Below, in pieces: positions 24,594 to 36,900 of a DNA stretch of 64,000 bases. Positions within the stretch are counted from its first letter, which is position 1. Each line of letters opens with the position of its first letter. Made by a program: the position numbers and the translations under genes. The notes under the pieces were generated by a model, which was not told the origin of the DNA, did not search any database, and saw nothing but the letters and a program-made list of their open reading frames with translations. The stretch is from Psammoneis japonica (taxonomy: Eukaryota), in NCBI GenBank assembly GCA_008632985.1, contig QPGO01000039.1:248001-312000 (forward strand), written 5' to 3'.

Positions 24594-25820
24594 TCATCTT
24601 TTGTCGTCTTGGAGCATTTTCTCTGCCCATATCGGTACGGGCAAGTTTAATGCAACATAATCTAAAGAAACATATTCCAGGACACGCCTTACAGTTTCAG
24701 CTGTGTAATATTCTTGCACCCTTGTCGCGGCTCTCGTCTCTACCCCAACATTGTTTCCTAATGCCACTTTACCAAGGTTTCCATTCAAATCAAAAACCTC
24801 GGATACTTGTGGCAATATGTTATAGCGCATTCCCACGGCTTGGACTTGTTGATAGAAATCGGCTCCCATGAATCCTACAAAGTCGTACATTGCCGAATCA
24901 TGGATATCGCGGTACAGCCCGTTGCAAAACAAACCCATGGGAATGAAATGCATATTCCATCGCAGAGGCATGGTGTCTACATAGGCTTGAAAGAAGCGTT
25001 TCGGATCTCTTGTAATGTCTCTTGAGTTTTGTTGGTTTTGAAATACAAAACTTGGCTCGCAGTGACGTTCGGAATGAAATTTTTCACCAACACACTTGTC
25101 CAAAAATGCCGAAAGAAACCGTTCCAATGGGTCTCGGACAAAGACAAACCGACGTGGCTTGGCGAGTGTTGTGTCGTTCACAACTCGTTGCTCTCCTTGC
25201 ATTGCTTTCTTTGATTCTTTACGACATCCAGTGACGGTTGGATTGGAATTTGGATCTAATCGACAAAAGAGTTTGCGCCATTGGGTTGTCGCGACCTTGC
25301 CCATGGTGCAAAGTTCCAATTGCTGATGCGACGAATGCAAAACATGCCAAGGAGCAAAGACACCATTCCTCACATCCAACGAATCCCTCAACAATGTATG
25401 GAACCACCAAGGATAGTCATAATTGTCGGTATTGTTGTACAAATCTTGGAGACACTTGCGCAACGGAGTGTGGCGCGGACAATCAGTTTGCAGTTTGCCG
25501 TAAGTCCTTTCAAACGATCGATACACAATTTCTTGCGCCCGAGTGATGTTCGCTTCTTTTCGATACTCACTTCGATCTATTATAGCATCGCTCATTGTCC
25601 TTTCTTTCAACGATTCTTCTTGTCGCGAGTTGTCGTCACACTGACAGGTCGACAACCAAGAGATGGACGTGCGTATCTGTACCAGCAAGACCAGAAAACA
25701 ACACCCAAAGCCAAAAATAAGAATGAAAAATCGCATTGACTTTGTCTTTTGTTTCCAGAGACGGCTTTGCACCGGCGTCACCATATTAGAACGCATAAAG
25801 AGACCAGCAGTGTGGTTCAT
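24594..25820 (-). CDS. Carbohydrate sulfotransferase (Sulfotransfer_2 family), type II membrane protein
   Basis: PAPS-binding motifs CTMGKVATTQW and FVFVRDPLERFLSAFLDKC, plus an N-terminal TM. Confidence 0.85.
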   Translation of the reverse strand: MNHTAGLFMRSNMVTPVQSRLWKQKTKSMRFFILIFGFGCCFLVLLVQIRTSISWLSTCQCDDNSRQEESLKERTMSDAIIDRSEYRKEANITRAQEIVYRSFERTYGKLQTDCPRHTPLRKCLQDLYNNTDNYDYPWWFHTLLRDSLDVRNGVFAPWHVLHSSHQQLELCTMGKVATTQWRKLFCRLDPNSNPTVTGCRKESKKAMQGEQRVVNDTTLAKPRRFVFVRDPLERFLSAFLDKCVGEKFHSERHCEPSFVFQNQQNSRDITRDPKRFFQAYVDTMPLRWNMHFIPMGLFCNGLYRDIHDSAMYDFVGFMGADFYQQVQAVGMRYNILPQVSEVFDLNGNLGKVALGNNVGVETRAATRVQEYYTAETVRRVLEYVSLDYVALNLPVPIWAEKMLQDDKR

Positions 25821-26114
25821 CGTTCATCCGCGAGTTTCGTTGGCGTGAGTTTTGTGAGACTGGATTTCAGCGAAGGAATTGTTACCTAAATGTCTGAATA
25901 CGTTCATACCAATAGTACCTTCATGGTTATGGGTTATTGATTTTATTTAATAGTCCCGCCACTTTTTCACTCTCAGCGAGAGCTCGTAGCCCTACAGAGG
26001 TAAGAGGACCACTTTCTTGCAATGGCGTGGATACTGACACCATCATCGCATCACAACGGGCGTCCACAGTTTAGTTCTTACCATCTCTCTTCCTGTCCAT
26101 CGTTTCCTGACAAA

Positions 26115-27179
26115 ATGGTTGTTGAACGTGGGGATCTCACAAGAGCAGTCGAGGATGCCAATGTCGAACTGGTGAAGGAGCTCCTCCAGTCTTGCAACAG
26201 TCAGAAGGCCGTCGACGACACTGACAGCAAGAAAAACCGTACACGTACAGCCTTTATGGCAGCTGCCAGAGGCAATGGGTACGGGGGCCCCGATTTTGGC
26301 AAGATTCTACGTCTCATATGGTCGAGATACAAAGAACTTCGTTGTAACCTCAACCATATTCTCACTCAAGAAGGTGGTCAAAGATACCGGAGTTGGACTG
26401 TTTTGATGCATTCTGCTAGATGTGGCGATGCTGACAACCTCGGGATTGTTCTCGGCTTCTACGAGGAGGTCTTTGGTTTGAATCTCGCCGCAACTCCGGT
26501 GAAGGACATGGTCGACCTTGTTGATGTGGACAGCAAGGTGAAGGCGATCGTCACAGATAGATTTTTTCCGGGTCTTGAAGTAATTTCGAATTATGAAGGA
26601 AGGTCACGGCGCACGACATCACGCCGCCTAGCTACTGCTTCTTCAGTTTCTCTTGTGACACCAAGCAGGAAAAGAGAAAAGAGGGACGGCTCACCGTCTC
26701 GTCCTGCTGCATCTCGTCCCAACAAAACCCGATCCAGGGTTGTGCAGACGTCTCCCCTTCCGACACGTGCTTCCAGGGAGGGTGCTTCGCTAGCAACATC
26801 AATTGAGGACCATGCAACCTCGAGAGCAAAAGAGAATGTAAGAAAAGCAGCCCCCGCCCAGATGGAGGACGAAAGAAAACCTGCTGCTCGGGTTGCCGTC
26901 AAGTCGGAAGAAACATCGGAAGAAACATCTCATCCTGCTGGCTCATTTGATGGTGATGGAGCATCAGCAGAGCAAGTAACTTCTGCTCCAGCAGTGGCCG
27001 CTGGTGCTCCAGGAACCGTGTTGACATTGCTTGGAGAACTCGAACAGATAGTTGGAGGCGATGGAGGCGGCGTTACCATCCTGGATAGGCTGAATCGCCT
27101 GGATGTCTTATTCTTCAGTTCACCACAAGCAGGTTCGATTCCAGAGAGAATCCAGCGATTGAAGAGGCTGATAGGTTAG
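26115..27179 (+). CDS. Hypothetical protein with ankyrin-like N-terminus and low-complexity middle region
   Basis: LTRAVEDANVELVKELL, TAFMAAARG, TVLMHSARCG. Intact 355-aa frame from ATG 26115 (upstream ATG at 26022 also possible). Confidence 0.65.
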   Translation: MVVERGDLTRAVEDANVELVKELLQSCNSQKAVDDTDSKKNRTRTAFMAAARGNGYGGPDFGKILRLIWSRYKELRCNLNHILTQEGGQRYRSWTVLMHSARCGDADNLGIVLGFYEEVFGLNLAATPVKDMVDLVDVDSKVKAIVTDRFFPGLEVISNYEGRSRRTTSRRLATASSVSLVTPSRKREKRDGSPSRPAASRPNKTRSRVVQTSPLPTRASREGASLATSIEDHATSRAKENVRKAAPAQMEDERKPAARVAVKSEETSEETSHPAGSFDGDGASAEQVTSAPAVAAGAPGTVLTLLGELEQIVGGDGGGVTILDRLNRLDVLFFSSPQAGSIPERIQRLKRLIG

Positions 27180-27633
27180 GAATGTAAGAATGAGTACCAA
27201 GACGCTTGAATCTTACAATGATTGTTCAAGCCCTCGATGCATGCTCGTGTGTTATTCTATTTTCAGAGGAGATAGACGTACGGAGACCTAGCAAAGCTTG
27301 TCTTATCTTTTGTGTTCTCAAAGGGATACAGTAACAGATCAAACTATTCTTCCTTGGATAGCCGTATAGTTGTTCCGGCGTCGGTCCAATATGAGTGCTA
27401 TAAGAAAAAGCTGCCGCAAGCATATTGCTGTCATGATTTCACCACGCGAAGGCTCTGATTACGGTAGCACAAAGAAAAGGCACCCCTTTTCAAATCGCAT
27501 GATATGAATAATATTTACGTACAGTATATTAGACTGAGACCTTCTTTTGACAACCAAGAGCAAGGTTTTACTACAAATACGCCACAGACGTAGAAGGCAA
27601 AACCTTCAATTATTTAGCTCCTTTTCTTCATTA

Positions 27634-28194
27634 TCACTCGGGTTTGAATGTATTAAGATCACCCAAGTCAATTGTTTTCATGGCTGACGGTCCAGCTGGT
27701 GTAGCGGAATAGCGTGAAAGATCATCTTGTCCCACGGGTATCTGTGAGAAAAACACGACAAACACCAACAGGGCGACTCCTCCAAGAATGGTGACAATTA
27801 GATTTCCTCCTTCTTCCGAGTCGTCCGTCATCACTAAATCTTCCTTTTGCAGTTCCATCTCGGATAAAATCATGTCTTTGCCCTTGACATCGGCCAGCTG
27901 TGACGTGTCTACTACAACAGACGACGACAGCTTGTCCGACTCTTCTTCTTCTTCTTGCGGGGATTCTTCCTTGAGCTGTCGAAGTTTTTCTTCCAACTCG
28001 GCAATTTCTTCTTCGCGACTGGTGCTAAAGAGACTTGACGCCATGTTTCGTTCATGACTACCCACTATAGAAACTCCGCGACGAGCAGGAACAACCAACC
28101 CAGAAACACAAACGGTGCACAACGACAACGACAAGAGCGTCAACAACAACACCGTTCTTGTGCTTTTTCTCATTCTATAATCCCTTTTACTCAT
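27634..28194 (-). CDS. Hypothetical protein with signal/transit peptide, coiled coil and C-terminal TM
   Basis: Intact 186-aa ORF, hydrophobic N-terminus, EEEIAELEEKLRQLKE, TM LIVTILGGVALLVFVVFF. Confidence 0.7.
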   Translation of the reverse strand: MSKRDYRMRKSTRTVLLLTLLSLSLCTVCVSGLVVPARRGVSIVGSHERNMASSLFSTSREEEIAELEEKLRQLKEESPQEEEEESDKLSSSVVVDTSQLADVKGKDMILSEMELQKEDLVMTDDSEEGGNLIVTILGGVALLVFVVFFSQIPVGQDDLSRYSATPAGPSAMKTIDLGDLNTFKPE

Positions 28195-28634
28195 TTCTCA
28201 ATACGGATTCTATGTATAATAGGAGCCCTCGATGAACTCTATTGCAATTGTCAATGTTTCGAACAACAACACAGAAAGCACCAACTGACATCATCGGCAG
28301 AGTGAACATGCCGAGCGATGCGTGAGCTCGCGCGGATGGCTCCGGGAGTGCAAGCATTATAACACAGACATGCAAGTCGGAGTAGAGACGGATGCGACAC
28401 ACTCTTGTTCAGGAAAACAAAACACTACTTTTGCCGCGTTGGTGTTGGCCCAAGACCGGAGGACGGATGTGAAGCTTGCAAAGAAGAGCTTACTCAAGCT
28501 CTAGCTAGGAGATCGACTTGTTAATCTACTATTATTTTTTGAACATACTGGACGATTAATGCTCGCAAGCAAAAAAATGAATACTTTACTCTCTTTCCCT
28601 ATAGAGTAGCATGAAACACTACACATAATATAAA

Positions 28635-30692
28635 CTACTTCTCCGTGTATACTTCTTCCACATCGGAATCATCCTCATCGTCACTGTCAGCTGCCGCACG
28701 TGCCTTTCGCAACGCTTCCTTTTTCTTTTCCGCTTCCGACAACTCCTTGATAGGTGCATCATCATCCTCATCGTCACTATCCTCCTCGTCGGAATCATCC
28801 TCCTCGTCCGAATCGGAATCTTGTTCAATATTAGCATTGAGCATTTCTTCAAACAAGGTCGGTTCATCATCGAGTTCGGCATCATCGGGATGGACCTTGT
28901 ACTCGGGTAGGGTGGAAGAATCCAACGTGGTCAATTCGACCTTTTGTTGTTGATCCAAATCCAAATAGGCATTGGACTTGACGTACAAGTCAAAGCTGTA
29001 CTCTCCGACACGGGGAGCCAAAAACTTAATCTTGTGTTGAACGACACGGCTGGGATCCACCACTTTGTCAATGGAAATAATCTTACCCTCCTTGGTACCC
29101 AACGCGACCCACCACGCTTCTTGTTTGGGAAAGGGAAAGTGTGGCGCATGCACCAAACCCGCCTTGCCGTCTTCTGGTAGGTTTTCTCGTACAATGGTGA
29201 CTTGGACGGTACACAAATCCCCCTCGTACACCTTATCGTCTTCATCGTCATCGACAAACACCTTGGTTGTGACGGTAATGTTGGGAATGATGGTATTGAG
29301 ACAATACAAGACATCGTGTTTTTGATCGTCGGTAAAGTTGGCCATGCCCTTTTTATCGGCATCCGGTACTTGACGATAGGCCGAAAGCGACGATGCCTTG
29401 TTTTTGCCCTTGATGCAGTGCTTGACTTCTTCACTTGTAAAGTAGGGCAATTGCAAGAGCGAACTGTCCTTGGTCCAACACGCTTGTGTAATGTACTGTC
29501 CAAATTCGATACAATTCAAGGCCGTTTGGAGTGAATCTTGATGTTGACACACCGAAATCATGGCATCCACCAGGCTGCCTGACAATTGCAACATGCGTTT
29601 CAAATCCTCCTTGCTCTCGTCACTGAGCAATTCGTCCGCCTTGCGAATCAAATGAGCATGCATCAAGACATTGCCCTTGACACAGACGGGATGGTTGTAT
29701 TTGGGTTTTTGCATGTGCGATCGGACCTTGGCCATGACAGAGGCGATTTCTTCCTTTTCGGCATTGGTTTTGGGCAAATTGACTTGACGAAATTCCGCCG
29801 CACCCGCGAGAATTTCCGGCATGCTCTTGACCGTTGTGTGTTCATTGAGGGTGTAATGATACCAACTGTACGTGTCGTACATGACATCCTTTTCACCAAA
29901 TTTGGATGAATCCGAATAATATCGCCACACACAAAAGGGAATGACACCCACCATGACGATAAGATACGTCATGAGGACCAAATTACGATTGGCCGTATCG
30001 AGCAAAAACGACGGCAGCCCAATGCTCACTTCCAAGCTCTGCTTTCCATCGGGATTGCCGTACTTTTCGTAATTTTCCTTGGCCGCCTCATCCGTCAATG
30101 CCTCGTATGCCTTGGCGACCATCATGAATTTCGCTTCCGCCGCGGGATTGTTGGGATTCTTGTCGGGATGGTACTTGAGACTCAAATTGCGATACGCGCG
30201 TTTGATCGCACGATTGTCCGCACCGCTGTCGATTTCGAGAATGGAAAAGGGATCAAACGAATTCACTTGACCATCCGTGCTGACGGAGAAACTTAGATAC
30301 ACAAACACGGCCGTAAAGAGGACCGTCAAGGCGACATTCCATAAAAAGCCACGGCGGAGCAACACGTGTACGCCCTTGGAGGTGCGCTTGAGATCGTCCG
30401 CCTTCTTTTGTTCGGCGGCCGTACGAGAGACGGCACCAATGTCCTTGTCCTGGAGTCCAAAAAAGGCCTTATGGACCGTAGAGAGAATCGAGTACCATGC
30501 TGAGAAAATGGAAAATGAAAAATAGAGAGGTTAGTCACACAAAAAAGGCACTCGAGAAAGCGTTTTGATCACAGAACCCGGAAACACATCATCATCCCCA
30601 TCGTCATGATCATCTCACTTACACGGCACGAGATAAAAGCTGATGGTACTCAGCGCAAAGAAATAAAACGCCGAGTTGTCGTATTGCAACAT
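28635..30692 (-). CDS. SEC63: ER translocon J-domain protein Sec63; intron 30500-30622
   Basis: MLQYDNSAFYFF start, TMs, J-domain FDPFSILEI...YHPDKN...YGNPDG, Sec63/Brl domain (HAPHFPFPKQEAWW), acidic tail. Confidence 0.95.
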
Positions 30693-32080
30693 GTTGGAGT
30701 TATAATCACGAGAGAGAAACTCTCAGAATAATAGAACAACGACCACAATGACTTCCAACAACGATCGATCGAAACGTGTGTTGTGGTCGGTGGTGGTTGA
30801 GTTTTATTTGCTTCCACGCGTCGTGACATACGTACAGATTAAAGTGCGTGAATGCGCATGTAGATTTCTACGACGAATGGATACGAAACGTTTGTCTGTT
30901 TATCTGTTCAACGGCTTGATTTCGCACGCGTCGTCTCCACTGTCTGCGCACCACTGATTGTCTCCTCTGAGCACACCAACCACCACCACCAACAGAATCT
31001 CTTGTTTTTTTTTTGCAGAAAACAGAGAAGCAAAAAACACAATTCGATTGGTGTGTGTTTTTATGGAATTGGAACAAAAGGACATGATTCTGAATGGCAC
31101 AAAAGGGTTGTCATGGGGGTGTCATGTGTGTGTGTGTCAAGAACAACCTCTTTTGGGGGGGGGGGGAGCTCAGAGCATTTTGCACTGGGCACGCACTCCT
31201 CTCACAGTAAACGCAAGCATTGTTTTTGCTGTTTTTGCGCACTTTTGATTTTTCAATGATGGGGGAGTTTTGCTGCTGGTGCATTTCTTTCCTGCACATG
31301 CCTGTTTCTTCTTCTGTGTGTGTGCAGTGCTTTGTGCCAGCTTGTGCGCGCCACTCTTTTCCATTTTTTTCTTGCCACGTGGTGCTGTCTTGCACACACG
31401 TGCATGCACAGTCTTTTCTTTTTCTTCTTTTGGTCAGAGCACTAAAAAACCATCAAATTGCTTGAGAAAATGGCCTTGGCAGTCTTTTGATTTGGCTTTT
31501 TTTGGGGGGGGAGCTTCCTGCCCGCCAAGCAGTGCACTCTTTTTTGTGCCGGGTCCCGACACTCCACATGCCACAAAACAGTTCTGTGGAAAGAAAACAG
31601 CTGTGCAGCCACCCAGCTCCCAAAAGTCAGGAGGCACAGGCAAGAAACACCGACTTTGACCAGGTGCTCTCAACGCATGCATGTGCTGATGTCATTGCAC
31701 CAAGGGTCATGCAACAACACATGCATGGTGCTGCGCCTTCTTGCAAAATTGCCACAGGCAACAGCAGACAGCAACATGCAGCGCCGCTGTCTGTGTTGTG
31801 GACATTGCATTTGCTCATCATCTCGCTTTCATCGATTGTCTCGAGTCTCTCTGGAGTGTCCCAACATCTCACACAATGAGCTCTCTGCATCTTGCTGTGA
31901 AACAAATCTTGGAGGAACAGGTGGAACAGCCATTGTCTCCTCTGAACATGAAACAGAAAGCTGCAACAAAGGCACTGGGGAAGAGTCGTTGTCCGCAGAA
32001 TAAAGCCAAGAGTTCTGCCTCATGCAGCAAGGAAGACCCCACGCCACCACCAGCAGCACCACCTAAGCAGAAACATGTGA

Positions 32081-34560
32081 TTGGCACCAAGATCTCAAAA
32101 TGGTTCATGTCTTTTCATTGCATCAGACTGGGAGAGAGCAAAAGCCGCAATGAAAAAGCAGATTGACAAGTTGACAACTGGTCATGCATCTTGTGATGGA
32201 TGGAGAGAAGTCATTGAAGGTGGGGACCCGGATGATCTTTGCATGCAGAATGACGTGCACTTGATGCGACTGCGATGCCAGCATCTTGCTGTTGCTCTGG
32301 ACTGCGCATTGAAGAGGCTGCCAGAAGGAAAGACTGCCTGCTGGCCACAGTGTTGCCAGCTGGCCATGGATGATCTTAGCGGTGCAGGTGTTGACTTTGT
32401 AAAAAGTTGCCGAACTGCAGCTGCATGGCATGAGATCTTTGGGCACCTGAATTCATTTCCACACCCACGGCCAAAAGGAAAGGGAGATCCACCGGCATTT
32501 CAAGCGCATCCAAAGATGAAGCAGAAATTCATTGAGTTCATGTCATCCAATCTATCTTGACTTTCTGCTGAGGTGGCCACAGACCACTTCCACGAAACAC
32601 TCGCACAGGAATTCTTAAAGAGAGAGAATGAAGGCCACAGCAAGAACGGGGAAGAAATTCTTCAATCGGAGCGGGAGTTTCTGAATCAGCGCGGATTGCT
32701 TGCCGGGGAAAACCAAAAAATCATCTCCTCCAACACTGTTTCTAATTGGGTGGACCAGTTTGGTTTCAAACATGGACCAAACAAAAAGATGCACCATGTT
32801 GACAATCATGAACGACCGGACAATGTGAGGCGCAGGAATGCAACGATGGTCCGCAGATGCCTCATGAAGGAACAACGTGCCTTGCGCTGGATGCAGCTGC
32901 CAAAAGCCATCGCAACGGACCTCATCGCAGCTGAAGCACTCTAAGCCAAAGTGGGACATGAATGCCAAGTTGATGGGGACAATTTTGTGGAACACCACAT
33001 CAACACAGTCATGGACCCCACCCGTCCAATCCTCACCGAGAAGCTGTCTGTGAAATTTGGGGGGAGCAAAAGCGTGCGCAAGGACCCAAATGAAAAGCCA
33101 GTTATGATCTTTGGACAAGATGAAGCAATTTTCAAGCAGTGCTTGCTCAGCACAAAATCTTGGTCAGGTCCTGATGGTGAAAGACCTCTGCTGCCAAAAG
33201 ATGATGGTGAAGGCGCAATGGAGTCCTTGTTCCAGTGCCACGAGGTTGGCCTCACAAGCGAAGCCAACATGTCACAACAGAAGCTTGCAGAGATAAATGC
33301 AACTCATGCAGGCAAGTGCTGCGCTGATGAAGAAGCCGCCAAAGTGGTGTTTGGCAAAAAGCAACACAAGCCGGAACTGACTGAGAGCCCATTTCTTTGG
33401 GAGTTTGAACATGGTGCCAACAATGAAGGCCACTGGAGCTGCAATCACATGTTGGTCCAGCTGGAGGATTGTGTCAACTGTTTGAAGGTGATGCATCCAC
33501 AGCTTGATTGTCCATTCCTCTTTGACCATTCTTGTGGGCATGACAAGCAGAGAGCCGATGGATTGATTTGCAACAAATGCACGATGAATGCAGGCATTTG
33601 CAACAAATGCACGATGAATGCAGGCACCGGCAGCAGCCAGAGCAAAATGCTCCCCACTGTGATTCTGCAGGCAGAGGGCTTTCGGGGCCCACATGCTGAG
33701 GCAACTGGAGTGCCATCTGCAGGATCAATGCAGACAATGGTTTTTGGTGAGAATGACAAGGGACCACATTGGATGACACTGGAGCAACGACAAGCCGGGA
33801 AGTGTGTTGCACCTGTTGAAGGAGAAACTGAAGCTCAGAAGTTTTTGCACCCTGAACTCCATGACAAACTCCTGCAAAAGAATGTCAAGAACATCAGGGG
33901 CAAGAAGAAGGATGAGTTGATTGACACAGCCAAGATTGACAATGCACCTGTGGAAGAAACAGTTCAAAAAGTGAAGTGTGGATGGCGCAACAAAGCAAAA
34001 GGCTTGAAGCAAATCTTGCGCGAGCATGGATTCATTGATCTGAACAACCCCAGCATGTGCACAATGGATGGCACGAAGGGTGCAGACGGTGAGACTGACA
34101 AGTCCATGTCTCTGCTGCGCTTGATGTCTGCTTGCAATGATTTTGTCAATGAGGAGATGTTGTTGCAAACGATGGGTCAAAAAATGGGTGCAACAATCGA
34201 TCGAACGCCCAAGTGTCATCCAGAAATGGCTGGGGAAGGCACAGAATGTTCCTGGGGATTGGCAAAGCAACACTGTCATCTGCAACCTTTGTCAAGGAAA
34301 AGGGGAAAGAAGGGCTTTAGAGCACTGGTGTGAGAATCATTGTCGGCCGATGCACTCACCACACCAAGAGAATCCACAAGTTTTCTCGATGCATTTGACG
34401 ATGCATTTGTGCGGTTCTTTCACAGCCTGACATCTCTCAAGAGATCAAGCAGGATGCCATGTCTCTGGAGGCAATTGAAAAACTTGTCAAGGAGTTCAAA
34501 GAGCACTGCAGTGTGGTTGACTTTGACAAGGGTTTCATTGTGGGGTCGCTCGTCAGGACG
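32081..34560 (+). mobile_element. Decayed DDE transposase of the IS630-Tc1-mariner superfamily
   Basis: IFGQDEAIFKQ (D1), FLFDHSCGH (D2), TPKCHPEMAGEGTECSWGLAK (E region), GWRNKAKGLKQILREHG. In-frame stops at ~32560 and ~32944. Confidence 0.75.
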
Positions 34561-34599
34561 GAGGAGTCATCACAACAGATGTCAATCTTGAACATCAAT

Positions 34600-36900
34600 T
34601 GTTTGACATGTCTTGTTGCTGACGTGTTTGGGTCTTTTGCTTCAGACCATTGCATGGCAAATGAATTTTCCCACCAGTTGCACAGGATCAATGCAACATC
34701 CAGGTTGGCTGCATGACAAGCTGCACCCAAACATCATGCCCCACCGACACGAAACATGAAAACAACCAAGGCTTCTGCTTGTCATCTGCAGGGAGCTTTG
34801 CCGCAGCCTGCTGGTTGAAATTCACATTGCAGTGCAGGTCTTGATTGAGACAGTTGTTGAGTGGCATTGCCAATGGGGTGTCACCAATTGGATGATGGCC
34901 GCACATTTGTCTCGTGCTTGGACAGTCATGACACAGATGAAGTTCAGGCAAGATCCAGTGCTTGTGAATGCCTTCTTTCTTCATCCACTCAATTGTGTCC
35001 TTTGCTGTCATCAATGACAGAGCGTCATGCCAAAAATGCCAGTTGTCCTTGTGCACCATCCTTTTGAACGCCTCCTTGCTTGCTTCATGTGTGGTGACAG
35101 GTTCCAGCTGTTTGCAAAAGTTGAGTTGGAGCAAGCTTTGTCTTGTCCCAATGTTCTGGGATGCAAACAGCAGTGTTGCCAGTGACGGGATCCTTTGCTT
35201 CTTTCTGCTGCAAATCCAGAAGTCCAAGGCACATCAGATGTTGAGTCAAGAAGTGTCCCATTGGAGTTTTCATTGCAATTTTCTTGACTTGTGGTTTTCA
35301 CTTTGACAATTTTGGATTTCATTTGCTTGACAAGGGAATGGACAGCTGAGCAGAGCAGAGTGCAATTTAAGGCCCTGCGCGAATTAAGGCCCTTGTGCTG
35401 TCAGGCTCAAATGATGGATTCGAGGTGCGAGCTCCACAAAAACAGCGCGGGAACAGCGCGCAACAAATGGTCAATGGCTGTTTCCACCTGCAGCAAAGCT
35501 GCAAAAAAAAGACTGTGCCACCACAAATGGAGGTCTGAATGAACAACACTGTGCCAATCCTCATCATGTTGATGCATGAATGGATCCTGAGCAGCTTCAT
35601 CACTGCAGTCCATGGATCCATTGACTTGCTCCTCATGGCTCTCCTCTGTTTCTCCAGTGCCTCTCATTGAACTCTTCTGGCTTTTGAAAATTTCAACTGG
35701 TTTCTCCTTGTTGCACTGACCTTCACGAATGATGAAGATGACACAGTCAACAAACATGATGGAGCACATTCTTCCATCTTCAGAGGCTTCTTCGGCGGTG
35801 CCATGACACATCTTTTATGTCGTGTTGATGCAATGTGGGGATCCTGTGCAGGACACAGCACTGATTCCATGCATGTGATGTGGAAGGCCTTAAATCACAA
35901 CCATGTTGTCATTCTCACTCATCGGACATTTTGGTTCACACGCCAAAACTCATCAACCACGCAGATTTGAAAAAGCGGAGCAGCAACTTTTTTCTGACAA
36001 GTTCAGCGAGATCTTTCATGTGAATGCACAAAAGTGCAAAATTCATGCGTGGCCGCATTGTGTTGTCTTCACAGATGCAGCTCTTAGCTGGGCCTCAAAT
36101 TGCGCTCCGCTCCATGTCACACCATCCTTGCCCGATTCTTTGCGATGATGGTTGACAGCGTGCCAAGCTTGAAGGGTGCTGAACCCATCTTTTTGTGCGT
36201 CTGCAGCAATCTGACCCTCTGTGCTCATTGGCTGAAGCACAGGAGGCTTGCCGTGTGAGTTGCCACCCTTGACAATCCTCTGCTCTCCATCATGCTGCAC
36301 GCCATTTTGTTGGCACTCCAAATGAGCGTGAAAGATGGGAGTGATGTCTGTGCCCTTTGGAAGATTGAGCAAGTTTTTGATTGCAGAAATTGTCCTGTTG
36401 CAACCTTTCCATGAGTCTTCATCATCGAGGTGCACCAAGAACTTTGAAGCAGCATGCAACGGCAATTTTCCGGCACCCAAACAACAAAACTGGCTCTGGC
36501 AATTCATCTCTGTCTTTTCCAACACTGAGTCCAAAGCAACGTCAACCTCTTCAATCTCGCGCGAATCTTCTTCTTGGTCATCATCATCATCGTCGTTGAA
36601 TGTCCGCGTTGGTGTGGGCGTCGGCATCACTTGTGGCGGTGGTGGCTGGGGAGGGTCATGTGATGCAGCAGTTTCCTTGCTTCTTTCCCTCTTGAGCTTG
36701 CAACCGGCCTGTTCCAGCTCCAGGTGATCTGCTTTTCATCGTGCGAAAGGCCGATTTTCTGTGCAGTTTGGCGCAATTGACTCCTTCAAATTTGATCGTT
36801 TCAAAAATCGAAAGAAAGGTCAATTGCGCTGAATGCACAAATTTCCAAATGGTGGGAATCGAGCCCACGCGGAGCACCTGGAGCTGGAACAGGCCAACCA
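34600..36900 (-). mobile_element. Second decayed Tc1/mariner-like transposase, convergent with the first, interrupted by a MITE
   Basis: WHFWHDALSLMTAKDTIEWM...WILPE...PIGDTPLAMPLNNCLNQDLH (SPDLNPLD-like region). N-terminal part IAADAQKDGFS...VNHHRKESG. Confidence 0.6.
35353..36112. mobile_element. 760-bp MITE-like element with 23-bp TIRs and 2-bp target duplication (now CA)
   Basis: Left gagcagagtgcaatttaaggccc; reverse complement of right end gagcggagcgcaatttgaggccc (20/23). Removal restores the frame KDGVT-C-SAVHSLVKQMKSK. Confidence 0.8.

Noticed and set aside
35367..35893. TTAA-GGCC...GGCC-TTAA as a piggyBac/Harbinger insertion
   Set aside because: The match is only 4-5 bp. The left motif is part of the better-supported 23-bp TIR of the 35353-36112 element.
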